Source: a virus. Taken from it: a stretch of DNA of 64,000 nt. Below are positions 29,181-39,165 of the stretch, in pieces (position 1 is the first letter of the stretch; the number at the start of each line of letters is the position of its first letter). The position numbers were made by a program, and so were the translations under genes. The stretch covers positions 55,537 to 119,536 of the IMG/VR virus record IMGVR_UViG_3300035698_007036. One strand, written 5' to 3'. The notes beneath the pieces are model-generated. The model was not told the DNA's origin. It saw only the letters and a list, made by a program, of their open reading frames with translations, and did no database searches.

Positions 29181-31783
29181 TGAACTTTAATCTTTTAGAA
29201 TCTTCTTATGGGTCTTTTGATACGTCAGTTGGTACAGTAAGTGGTACCTTTGATGAAATGCGTGCCATAATGACGTTATCAGGAACCAAAGACATATATG
29301 GAGATGATATACTGTGTATGGATTTTGATCTCGGCTCACGAATAGAGACAGATAGTATGCATTACTATTTCAGCTGTACTACAGCCTCAGCCACCGTTGC
29401 TTCAGGTGTAGGTTTTTATTATAAGAACGACCCAGTAGATTCTTATGTAAATACACCCACTTTAATAAGTACTGGGTATTATACTACAACTATTTCCGGG
29501 CTTAATGCCCCAAGGTACATAAGAATAGTACACACAGTATCTGGAACTTCCATATCTGGTACAGTTACCGGAGTAGAGGTTACGAATGAGGATAACACAG
29601 TAGACTTTGGCACAGATGGCTCATTGGCAAGTTTAACCATACACAGTACTACCAACACGGCACAGTTAACTAGTTCCCATGTGTATAACACTAATGGTAT
29701 TCGGTCGAATGCCTATGTTAAAATAGAACCTACAGGCGGTATTGTGGATGAGGCTTTATTTTTGTCTGGCTCAGAAGATGGCCCTTGGCGTGGTCCAAGA
29801 AGTGACCAGTTCATGGATCCTACAGAATCTTCTCAGGCGTTATTGTATAATTTTCCCGAATGTGATAAGCGTGGCTCTATAACTGGTGATGTATTTACTG
29901 TATACCCTGATTATACTGAAGGTGTGTTCACCTCAAAAATAATGGACACTGGTGGTGAACCATTTTTCAATGTCAACCTGTCTTGTAATTTACCTGCTGG
30001 GACGAGAATAGCGGTTGATGAGTCTGATACGTCCTCGACAATAGAGGTTAGAAGCATTAACAATAGGCCTAAGAATTACGCCTATTACCGTAGATATTTC
30101 AGAAGCCCTTACCATGTTAGTACTAATTATGCCGGTGTGTATAGCACCTACAATTTAAAGGATGGGACCGTAAAAGCGGCTAATTGTAGAGACATAGAGG
30201 ATCCTGATTATAATGAATACGCTAGAAGTATTATGGAGACTATAGACCCCAATAATGAGTATACATACCTTCTTTTCAGGGGCAAAGAAGTAGTTTACAA
30301 AAAATTCACTACAACCGATATTGCCCACGATACTTACGATAAGAGTGTAAGGTTAAACTCTAATGCTATCCTGACTCCATGGGCAGTATTGCCTACCTCA
30401 ACAGGCGGCTGTTGGCTTTATTTTTATACGGCAACCGGGGACACTTTAAGTGTTGGCTACTATCTTAGGTACTATAATTCATCAGGCTCACTACTTTATG
30501 ATTCTACGGCGTCTACTAACAAAGATATATATTATTGTGACGTAGTTTATGCCACAGGTGATTTATGGTATAACTCAGGTGCAGTTATCAAGATCAACAA
30601 TGATGGTGACATAATATATACTATAGTGCCAGATGTTACGAATCTCGATTTAAGAGGCATTTGCACAACTTCCGACGGAGGCTGTTGGATTGTTAATGAT
30701 GAAGATCTTCATAGGCTGGATTCAGAGGGTAACGAGGTAGATTCTATTCTTGGGGTAAGTACTTACGGTTCACTGACCATGGTAGCCCTTGATGGTGAAA
30801 CAGGCCTTTGGTTAATGGATGGTAATTACGTTAGGAATATAGATATAGACACGGAGCGTGTGCTTTTCGACGTGTATGTAGGTCAGCCCAGGTTGTTTAG
30901 ACCAACTGGTACGGATGACGGAATTATGGTTCATTGTACAGATTATTATTGTAAATTTATAGATAAAGACACAAGAAGTATAACTAACAGCCATTATGTT
31001 TACACAACAATACCAGGGCCTTTTAGTGTCTCTTTTGATAACGATAATCATTCTGGAAAGATGTATAAAACCAATGATTTTTTCCCGATATCCGCATCTG
31101 CTTCCTCATACGAAAGTGATGGTTGGGCTAGCTACCACCCGCCTTACTACGCTGTTGCTAATAGTGAATATGTATATTGGGAGGCTGATCACAGCGTTAC
31201 AGGATATATACCCCAATGGTGGAAATGCGATGTTGGAAAATTCGTGGTACCTAAGATTTTGCGGATTAGTCAAGTAAGAAGTGATAACTACTGCCGGTTG
31301 GAGGCCAGTACAGATGATTCTAATTGGGACATATTATACAATTCTATGCGACCAAGTACCAGCAGTATGAGTCAGTACTCTTTTTATACTAACCAAAAAG
31401 CTTATAGGTACTTTCGGATATATTTCTATTCTGGGGCAAATTACTGTGGTATACGCGAGACTGAACTTATAAGTATATCTCCCTATTTTCCTAATGAGTT
31501 GGATACGGAATGGAATAATTTAGAATGGAAAAAAGTGTCGTTAGATAGTTACGATTTTTCTTCTGATAGATACCATCAGGTTAGGATTACTATGCGAAGA
31601 GACAGCCTGGCAATAGAGCCATCTGTTTATGGTGGATATGTAAACAAAAGCACAGATTTAGGAGATGTACGCCCTAATGGAAGTAAAGAGTTTTACATAA
31701 AATTAGAGACCCCCTCAGATACTAGTGATTACTTAGGTAGTGCTAATACTAACGTTTTAGCTTGGTGGGAGGTTCCAGTATAA
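29180..31783 (+). CDS. Virion protein with beta-propeller and discoidin-like domains
   Basis: TAATG coupling; repeated GGCW/GDLWY/GLWL blades; PQWWKCD...LEASTDDSNW...AYRYFRIYF...IRETEL. Confidence 0.75.
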   Translation: MNFNLLESSYGSFDTSVGTVSGTFDEMRAIMTLSGTKDIYGDDILCMDFDLGSRIETDSMHYYFSCTTASATVASGVGFYYKNDPVDSYVNTPTLISTGYYTTTISGLNAPRYIRIVHTVSGTSISGTVTGVEVTNEDNTVDFGTDGSLASLTIHSTTNTAQLTSSHVYNTNGIRSNAYVKIEPTGGIVDEALFLSGSEDGPWRGPRSDQFMDPTESSQALLYNFPECDKRGSITGDVFTVYPDYTEGVFTSKIMDTGGEPFFNVNLSCNLPAGTRIAVDESDTSSTIEVRSINNRPKNYAYYRRYFRSPYHVSTNYAGVYSTYNLKDGTVKAANCRDIEDPDYNEYARSIMETIDPNNEYTYLLFRGKEVVYKKFTTTDIAHDTYDKSVRLNSNAILTPWAVLPTSTGGCWLYFYTATGDTLSVGYYLRYYNSSGSLLYDSTASTNKDIYYCDVVYATGDLWYNSGAVIKINNDGDIIYTIVPDVTNLDLRGICTTSDGGCWIVNDEDLHRLDSEGNEVDSILGVSTYGSLTMVALDGETGLWLMDGNYVRNIDIDTERVLFDVYVGQPRLFRPTGTDDGIMVHCTDYYCKFIDKDTRSITNSHYVYTTIPGPFSVSFDNDNHSGKMYKTNDFFPISASASSYESDGWASYHPPYYAVANSEYVYWEADHSVTGYIPQWWKCDVGKFVVPKILRISQVRSDNYCRLEASTDDSNWDILYNSMRPSTSSMSQYSFYTNQKAYRYFRIYFYSGANYCGIRETELISISPYFPNELDTEWNNLEWKKVSLDSYDFSSDRYHQVRITMRRDSLAIEPSVYGGYVNKSTDLGDVRPNGSKEFYIKLETPSDTSDYLGSANTNVLAWWEVPV

Positions 31784-33618
31784 TGAGTGACTATGCTTCA
31801 GATATAGACGTCAGTGATTTTGATTTTATGGGAAGCATAACCGTGACTAATAATGTAGATGAGGACCTGATAAACTATTCTATACCGTTAGCACTAACAC
31901 CAGACAATTTTAATTTTGCGTTTGCCCAATCGGATGGTGCTGATATAAGAATAGCCGAAGGCTCTGGAGGAACTCAGGTTTTACACATGTATTTAAGAAG
32001 ATGGGTAGTTAATACCTACGGTGAACTCTGGTTTAAAATACCCAAGTTAGAAGCACTAGACACTAAGACTTTCTACATATATTTTGGTTTTGTCGGGTCC
32101 ATTTCGGATGCTTCTAATATAAGTGAGATGGATTTTTTGATGGCAGATAGGTTTGACAGTAATAACTATGATTCTAGTAAATGGTCACCAAGTACATATT
32201 ATTTAGATACCAAAAATTCCCCATTAGCTGGGGCTATCAATTGGCAGATAAGAGCATGGGTAGAGCACACCCCCTCATCTAAGAATGCCGGTGAGTACCC
32301 TAATTATGCATCACTGCGTCATTACTTTTGGGCGAACCCGTCACCTGATTTTTATTTTCGTTACTTTTATAATAATGTAGCGACTGATTTTGTTACTGAT
32401 AGTGAAGTAGGTTATTCTACGACTAATGGTACTATAGAAAAGGGCTCATTTCAGGATATAATTTACGATTATTATGAACCAATAGATACACTGAGATTGA
32501 GAATACAGAAGCATGATACATTTGCTGACAGTGACTACACATGGGAAAAGCAGACATTTGGTAATTTACGTTGTACTAATTTTAGGCATCAGTGGTATAC
32601 TAATAAGACCAGTGTAGGCCAGGTTTATATAAGACAGGGCGGAGTAATAATGAGGGACTATTGTGGTAGCGATCCTACCATAGATTACTCAGGCCTTTAT
32701 ATAGAATTTGCTAATATAGAACCTACGGTTCTTTCTACTAAAACTTATAATGATTATTCAACGGATTACATTTTCTATCACGAAACAGATTTAGGCGGTG
32801 ATCCACGAAATCTTTCTGATAATGCTAACAATAGTGTCTGGACCACAGATATTACAGTTGATATAGACGGCTATGCCTTAATAGACTTCGGTAGGTATGA
32901 CGACAGCCTAGTCAGTACAGAGTTTGTCCACTATGATAACGGGCATGTTAGATATTACGGTGCTTCTAAACTGTCAGATAATGAACTAGATATCAACGGG
33001 AGAGATTACTGGAGTAGTACCACCTCATCAGGTGCGTGGGCAGCTATAGAGTTTTACACAGACACAAAGGTTGGAAGTTTGTTTGTAAAGGCTGTACCTG
33101 GCGAATTAGATAGTATGATAGAAAGTTTTAGATTTGAGGGAACTGCCACCGATCCAAGACTCCCCACTACTGTCTGGAAGACACTTTGTAGCGGTATAGC
33201 CAATGAGGCTACAGGTTGGCAGGGATTCTACTTCACTAATGGCAGGCCTTTTAAATACTATAGACTGTTTGTTGATAGTACTTATGGTGGAAATGCGAAG
33301 ATCCAGGAATGGAAACTCTATGAGTTTATAGAGAATCCTGTTCAGTTAACTCAGAAAGCTATTTCGGTGCTTAGGCTAAAGCCTACAACGGCTTATGGTC
33401 AGTTTCCAAAACAGTTAGAGCTACAGGGATCTAATGGTTTAACATGGGATACCATCACATCCGCTAGTACCTATACACCATCAGACCTAAATTGGCAGGA
33501 ATTTGCTTTTACTAATACAGCCCTTTATTGGTCTTATAGAATTAATTTTACCGACAATTGGACTGGCACAAACGATAAAATAAGCATAGCAGAATGGGCT
33601 ATGCAGGAGGAGATATAA
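31783..33618 (+). CDS. DUF2341-like plus discoidin-like virion protein
   Basis: FAQSDGADIRI...LWFKIPKL...FYIYFG (DUF2341); FKYYRL...IQEWKL and FPKQLELQGSNG...YRINF...IAEW (F5/8-like). Confidence 0.75.
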   Translation: MSDYASDIDVSDFDFMGSITVTNNVDEDLINYSIPLALTPDNFNFAFAQSDGADIRIAEGSGGTQVLHMYLRRWVVNTYGELWFKIPKLEALDTKTFYIYFGFVGSISDASNISEMDFLMADRFDSNNYDSSKWSPSTYYLDTKNSPLAGAINWQIRAWVEHTPSSKNAGEYPNYASLRHYFWANPSPDFYFRYFYNNVATDFVTDSEVGYSTTNGTIEKGSFQDIIYDYYEPIDTLRLRIQKHDTFADSDYTWEKQTFGNLRCTNFRHQWYTNKTSVGQVYIRQGGVIMRDYCGSDPTIDYSGLYIEFANIEPTVLSTKTYNDYSTDYIFYHETDLGGDPRNLSDNANNSVWTTDITVDIDGYALIDFGRYDDSLVSTEFVHYDNGHVRYYGASKLSDNELDINGRDYWSSTTSSGAWAAIEFYTDTKVGSLFVKAVPGELDSMIESFRFEGTATDPRLPTTVWKTLCSGIANEATGWQGFYFTNGRPFKYYRLFVDSTYGGNAKIQEWKLYEFIENPVQLTQKAISVLRLKPTTAYGQFPKQLELQGSNGLTWDTITSASTYTPSDLNWQEFAFTNTALYWSYRINFTDNWTGTNDKISIAEWAMQEEI

Positions 33619-33619
33619 T

Positions 33620-36547
33620 ATGGACGCAACATATGTTAGTAGTAGTAGTTTTAAGGTGGCGGAGGATAAGACATTAGAATTTATAACTGATAGACGCGTC
33701 AAATTGGATTGTGGCGTTTCTGGGATAGTATACACCAATATAGTATCCAGTTCTTACGCTATTGGGTTTACTACCGTTGTCATAGATGAGTCATCCTTAG
33801 ACTCTAATTTAATAACAGCTCTTTATGGTGTAGTTGCTCCTGGAGAGACTGGGAGTTTACCAACCCATTCACACGACGGATCAGAAGGTAGTGGTGGTGG
33901 TTTAACAATAAGTGGTTCAGCTTCAACATTATTGGATCTTACAGATACTCCGTCTATTTATGATGACGGTAAGTACCTTCGTTCCACTTCTGATGGTACA
34001 GAGTGGGCCACGGTTTCAGGCGGTTCAAGTGTTGCGTCCTTCTTAGATTTAACTGACACACCTTTAGCCTATGACACTGGTAAATATGTTGTTTCTACCG
34101 CTTCAGGCATTGAGTTTTCTGACTATAGTATAAATTCGGCCAGCACAGATTTTGTGGCCAGGCGGTTGTTAGCAGATTATGATTTAGATAATGAAACACT
34201 AAGCGACACTATAACATTAGACCCTACAACACAAGATAGAGTAGTTATTGAAGTAGAGAGTATGGATACAAATGGCGGAGCTCCATATGTACAGCTTAAC
34301 GGAGACTCTGGTTCTAATTATACTTATGGTTATGTCGGTCAGGATGGGGCTAATACCATCCAAAATTCAGGACCAGCAACCAGTATTGGACTTGGTAGTG
34401 GTAACAGAGAGAGTTGTGCATCAATAACTGATCTATTCTTAAAAAAGACTGGTAATTATAGGAGTGCTATTGTACAACGAGCAGATTATGAAACAACAAA
34501 TACTGACAGTATAATAATAAACGTTCATTATTACTGGGCAAATACAGCAGATGACGTGACCAGTTTAGTTCTTGCAACGGCTGGGAATGTAACTGGAACC
34601 GTAAAAGTTTATAGTTACGAAAACATAGATGTGCCTACAGTCAGTGGTATTGACGGTGCCGATGGGGCCGATGGGTCTGACGGGGCTTCCACATTTTTGG
34701 AATTAAATGATACCCCAACAACTTACTCAGGAACTGAGGGACAGTATCTTGTCTCGACCGCTTCAGGCATAGAGTTCACTGACATAGCTTTAGTTGAATC
34801 AAATTTTAAAGCTTATGAGTTGGTAGTAGAATATGATTTGAGTGGTGAGGCTTTAAATGAGACTATTTCTAGTGTGTCTGGTGATACCAATGATAGGTGG
34901 ATGATTGATTATAATTTACTAGATACGTCAGGATCAAATAATGCTATTCATCTCAGCTTTAATGGTGACACAGGGACTAATTACTATGTAGGTAATATAG
35001 CGGAGAGTAACGATGCAGCAACAGCTGGGCATGACATCGGACTTACCTATACCCAGTTGGCATATGCTTATGCAAACACAGCGGTAAATGGTTACGCCAA
35101 TCTTTATCTTGAAACTGGTGCCCCTAGATCTGTTCACTCGTTTATGTCTAGAACAACCACAACTGATGCTGCTAAACATTTACTATATTATGGTTCAACT
35201 TGGTCGAATACAGTGGACGAAGTTTCGACTATTGAAATAACTTCTGCTGGAGCACTAACTGGTAAGATAAGATTATACAAATTCAAAGAAGTATCTATAC
35301 CTGTCAAGCCAGCATCTTTAACTGAGTCTACTTTCTATGCTGATGAACTGGTTAAAGAATGGGATTTAACAGCATCAGGTATAGATGAGGTATTCGATTG
35401 GGACGGTGAGAATGAAGAAGCTCATATGGAATTTGCTGTTACGAATAATACTTCCGCTATGACTTTCGTAGTCAGGCCTAATAGTGATACCTCCGCTACT
35501 TATGGTTTTTCCGCCCAGTATGTTACAGACACACCATCTGCTACTCAGTCCTGGAATGCTGATTTGGCTTGGGAGGGTCTTGCTGTAGCCGCTACAGGTG
35601 GTACAGACACAATGTATTTTAGAGGTTATTTTAACTCTAGTCTTAAAAAAGCTTCAGGAGGTCGTACTGGATATACTTGGCATGCAAGATCGGATAGTAA
35701 TAGACAAGGTTACTATCTAACTAAATGGGATGATTCAAGTTCTTTAGTAACATCTTTACAGATATATTTAACTGGGGCTCCCTCTGGATCAGTTAAACTG
35801 TTTAAGAAAAAGAAAGTGGCCTTACCTACAGTAGAGACAGAAGTAAATCTATACCGTGGTAAGCAGTCTATCAAGGTTAATTGGGCCACAGCTTCAGGTG
35901 TTGATTGTCTGCCTGGTAATGTAGAAATAGGTGGAACACTTTACAATATAGCCACTACTGTCAGTAAGGACGTGACGAGTTTGGACGTCAGTACCTGGTA
36001 TTATGTGTATATCGATCCACCATCAACAGGAATTTCTTTGGATGAGGGGGATGTAGAATATTCTACCACTGCTCCTACTCAAAATACTACACTTATGGGC
36101 CAGTATAATGGGAGCAAGAGATGTATAGGTGCTTTCTATTCTGATGTCTCTAGTAATATAGTAGAATTTTTTAACTCAAGGGGTTATGTAGAATGGACTT
36201 CAGGCGTACCATTGGATCAAACTGATCGATTTCCCAGTAATGTTTGGACCGATCAATCCCTTATAGTCCCACTTTGGGCAGATGGAGCAGTTAGTCTACT
36301 TGTTGCTGGCCAAAGTGTTAATTCAGAGGCTGGTTCTTTGTATATTAGGACTAATGGGACTAGCGGTAATGGTATATGGTGCGGTTACGTTTATACATCC
36401 AGCTTACGAACCGAGGTGGTAGTCGATTTAACTTATGATTCTACCGGGAAAGTCGAAACCAAATTTAATGCGGTGGCGGCAACTTCCAAGTTTGATTTGT
36501 ATAATATGGGACATTTTATTCCAGACGATATCTATACAGGAGTATAA
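33620..36547 (+). CDS. Tail fibre-like protein with LxDTP repeats and three internal domains
   Basis: TLLDLTDTP/SFLDLTDTP/TFLELNDTP...GxYxVSTASGIEF repeats; short GxD collagen-like run; three ~165-aa repeats; WYYVY...RCIG tip module. Confidence 0.75.
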   Translation: MDATYVSSSSFKVAEDKTLEFITDRRVKLDCGVSGIVYTNIVSSSYAIGFTTVVIDESSLDSNLITALYGVVAPGETGSLPTHSHDGSEGSGGGLTISGSASTLLDLTDTPSIYDDGKYLRSTSDGTEWATVSGGSSVASFLDLTDTPLAYDTGKYVVSTASGIEFSDYSINSASTDFVARRLLADYDLDNETLSDTITLDPTTQDRVVIEVESMDTNGGAPYVQLNGDSGSNYTYGYVGQDGANTIQNSGPATSIGLGSGNRESCASITDLFLKKTGNYRSAIVQRADYETTNTDSIIINVHYYWANTADDVTSLVLATAGNVTGTVKVYSYENIDVPTVSGIDGADGADGSDGASTFLELNDTPTTYSGTEGQYLVSTASGIEFTDIALVESNFKAYELVVEYDLSGEALNETISSVSGDTNDRWMIDYNLLDTSGSNNAIHLSFNGDTGTNYYVGNIAESNDAATAGHDIGLTYTQLAYAYANTAVNGYANLYLETGAPRSVHSFMSRTTTTDAAKHLLYYGSTWSNTVDEVSTIEITSAGALTGKIRLYKFKEVSIPVKPASLTESTFYADELVKEWDLTASGIDEVFDWDGENEEAHMEFAVTNNTSAMTFVVRPNSDTSATYGFSAQYVTDTPSATQSWNADLAWEGLAVAATGGTDTMYFRGYFNSSLKKASGGRTGYTWHARSDSNRQGYYLTKWDDSSSLVTSLQIYLTGAPSGSVKLFKKKKVALPTVETEVNLYRGKQSIKVNWATASGVDCLPGNVEIGGTLYNIATTVSKDVTSLDVSTWYYVYIDPPSTGISLDEGDVEYSTTAPTQNTTLMGQYNGSKRCIGAFYSDVSSNIVEFFNSRGYVEWTSGVPLDQTDRFPSNVWTDQSLIVPLWADGAVSLLVAGQSVNSEAGSLYIRTNGTSGNGIWCGYVYTSSLRTEVVVDLTYDSTGKVETKFNAVAATSKFDLYNMGHFIPDDIYTGV

Positions 36548-36550
36548 AGT

Positions 36551-37552
36551 ATGCCAACAGACACTTGCTATGCCACCTGGGTAGAATCAAATACCCAATG
36601 GATTGATTACGATGACCAACAGTGGGGAGAGTGTCTACCAGGGCTGCTTAATCAAATATGGACAGATACAACTCTATATGTTTATGCTGCTTTAGACCTT
36701 GGTTTTGAGGTTATAGACATAGTAACAGAGAATAAAGTAGCCTACATAGATTATAGTGGAGGGTTCTCTACAGTGTGGGCTAATGATACTATTGTTTTCT
36801 TGGGCACATCTACAAATGGTATTAGTATTTTATATAAGACAGATATAATAGCAGATAGTCCTCCCACTGATTTAGCAAGCTATTCACAAAGTTTAAATTT
36901 TTTTTATGGGACGTCATCAAATAATATAAGATATCTACATGGTAATAATGATTTTCTGTTGTGCGTTACTGACACAGAGGTGGATATATTAAAGCTGGAT
37001 AACAATACGTATAGAAGTTCAAGTACAACAGTAAGTGGCAATGCTTACAAAGGTTTTATGACGTCAACAGGTAAATTTTATTACACCACAGTGAGCCCTC
37101 AGTGGTCTGTAAATCGCGTAGATAAGCCTATTATGGATTGGACCACCCCCCACGCTACTTATGTTGCTGATGGCACAATACTGGCCTCTGGTATAGCTAT
37201 AAATGATATATTTGTAACCGAGGGAACCTCATCTAATGGAATAGATAATGTGCTTTTGATAGCCACGAGTTCAGGCGTGTATGTAATAGACGAAAATGAT
37301 TCATTTGATATCTATAATACAACCGGTTCTGGCTACTCAATAGTACCTGGTCTGTCTAGTAACTTCACAGCTGTTTGGGCTGATGAAAACTCTAGCCTAT
37401 CGAGTGGGAAGTTATATGTAGCTAGTGAAGATGCTTTCACTATAATAGATTTAGAAACAAAAACAGTATACGATAGATATACACAAGAACTAAAGGGTAG
37501 AGGTAATGAAGTCCTAGATACTGATGGAATAATAGATATAAACGTAGTATAA
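36551..37552 (+). CDS. Probable beta-propeller virion protein
   Basis: Repeated blades (FSTVWAND, INDIFV, LLIATSSGVYVI, FTAVWAD, LYVAS). Confidence 0.65.
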   Translation: MPTDTCYATWVESNTQWIDYDDQQWGECLPGLLNQIWTDTTLYVYAALDLGFEVIDIVTENKVAYIDYSGGFSTVWANDTIVFLGTSTNGISILYKTDIIADSPPTDLASYSQSLNFFYGTSSNNIRYLHGNNDFLLCVTDTEVDILKLDNNTYRSSSTTVSGNAYKGFMTSTGKFYYTTVSPQWSVNRVDKPIMDWTTPHATYVADGTILASGIAINDIFVTEGTSSNGIDNVLLIATSSGVYVIDENDSFDIYNTTGSGYSIVPGLSSNFTAVWADENSSLSSGKLYVASEDAFTIIDLETKTVYDRYTQELKGRGNEVLDTDGIIDINVV

Positions 37553-37563
37553 GGAGATAAAGT

Positions 37564-39165
37564 ATGGCACTAGTGGGCTGGAATCCTGCTCAGAAATTAG
37601 CACTGACCATAGATAATTCAAAAGTGGATGAGGATCTAATCGATTTCCCTATCAATATCGCTTTAACCTCTAATACTGGTATAGGAGGATTTGATGCTGT
37701 AGATATTTTTGACAAACTTTCCTATGCTGATAGGCATCATATCGTAGTTACTGATTCTAATGATAACAAGCTTTACACAGAGATAGCTTATTGGGATTCT
37801 ATAAATGAAAAAGCGTCTCTTTGGACTAAAGTGCCTACGGTTTCTTCTGGGACTGATACAGACTTATACTTATACTACGATGCTGCTGCCACTACTGCTT
37901 CTGGTTACACCAACGACACTGGTACGATCCAGGCCAAAGCTGTATGGGACTCTAATTTTGTTGGCGTTTGGCATATGAATCAAGATCCAGGTATTGGTGG
38001 GGCTTGTATATTAGATTCAACTTCGAACGAATTACACGGTACTCCTAATGGCTCCATGACGTCCGCTGATTTGGTAGATACCAACTATGGTATGAAAGCT
38101 ATAGATTTTGATGGTTTAAATGACTATATAAATGTACTGGATAACTCCAAATTAGATCTAACTACCGCACTCACAATGGAAGCTATAGCAAGACCACAAG
38201 ACTGGTCTTTAGAATCTTATCAAAAGATATTATGTAAGACGGATAATGCTAATACGAGTCCATACTTTATTCAAACAGACAACTCTGTAGTTACAACCGG
38301 CAGCTTTTACTATGGGGAATATATAAGTGGGGCGTACAGAAGTGCTAGGACGACGACTGGACTACCCGAGAATGCTGACTATTATTTAGCTGGTACCTAT
38401 AACGGCAGCACCAATCAAGGATATTTAAATGGGATACCAGGTGCGGTTTATAACATAGCTGGTAGTATAGACACATCAGGTTACCCATTAAGGTTTGGAG
38501 GTGAATATTTTACAAATAATTTTTTTGATGGTTATATCAATGAAATTAGGATATCTAAATCTGTAAGAACTCCAGGATGGCTTAAGACCACATATTACTC
38601 TAACTGGGATGACTTGTTAACTCTTAGTAGTGCTCTTTGGGCTAATTTTTATTTTTCTAACCCCACACCTTCTGGAATTACGGTATACGGGGTTACTGAA
38701 CCTCTTTACATAAATGTCACAATCAGCGGGTCCGAACCATCCTTTATGTACGATGCTGTATTTTATGATGTCGGAGATGTCCAAATAGGTTCTACCATTT
38801 CAGGATCAAGTAGTGGTAGTCAAGTGACAAGAACTCTTGACACACCGTCTGGCACATCTTATAGTTGGTATGTAACTGCTACAACTTTAGGTCTTAATGA
38901 CACAAGCCCGATTTATACCTTTGACAATAGGTTTATGTGTGAAGGATACGCTTCAGTTAACAGTGTCAGAGCGTCTGGGATACCAATAAGACTCTATAGA
39001 AGGAGTGATGGTGAGTTAGTAGACTCTGTGACCACGACTGGCACAGATGGTACGTTTCAAATCGAGACCACTTATAATGAATATCATTATGCGGTCGCCT
39101 TATACACAGATGACACAACAAACGCCTTGATCTATGACTACTTGACACCTTCCGGGATAAACTAA
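37564..39165 (+). CDS. DUF2341 + LamG domain virion protein
   Basis: KLYTEIAYWD...LWTKVP...LYLYY; FVGVWHMNQ...AIDFDGLNDYI...YYLAGTYNG...FFDGYINEIRIS; C-terminal IRLYRRSDGELV...DGTF domain. Confidence 0.85.
   Translation: MALVGWNPAQKLALTIDNSKVDEDLIDFPINIALTSNTGIGGFDAVDIFDKLSYADRHHIVVTDSNDNKLYTEIAYWDSINEKASLWTKVPTVSSGTDTDLYLYYDAAATTASGYTNDTGTIQAKAVWDSNFVGVWHMNQDPGIGGACILDSTSNELHGTPNGSMTSADLVDTNYGMKAIDFDGLNDYINVLDNSKLDLTTALTMEAIARPQDWSLESYQKILCKTDNANTSPYFIQTDNSVVTTGSFYYGEYISGAYRSARTTTGLPENADYYLAGTYNGSTNQGYLNGIPGAVYNIAGSIDTSGYPLRFGGEYFTNNFFDGYINEIRISKSVRTPGWLKTTYYSNWDDLLTLSSALWANFYFSNPTPSGITVYGVTEPLYINVTISGSEPSFMYDAVFYDVGDVQIGSTISGSSSGSQVTRTLDTPSGTSYSWYVTATTLGLNDTSPIYTFDNRFMCEGYASVNSVRASGIPIRLYRRSDGELVDSVTTTGTDGTFQIETTYNEYHYAVALYTDDTTNALIYDYLTPSGIN

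Noticed and set aside
34646-34688. GIDGADGADGSDGA as a collagen domain
   Set aside because: Only about 4-5 triplets; treated as a linker
34095-34785. Near-identical ACCGCTTCAGGCAT segments as a DGR template/variable repeat pair
   Set aside because: Short, both are coding (STASGIEF), differences are not adenine-specific, and no reverse transcriptase is in the window
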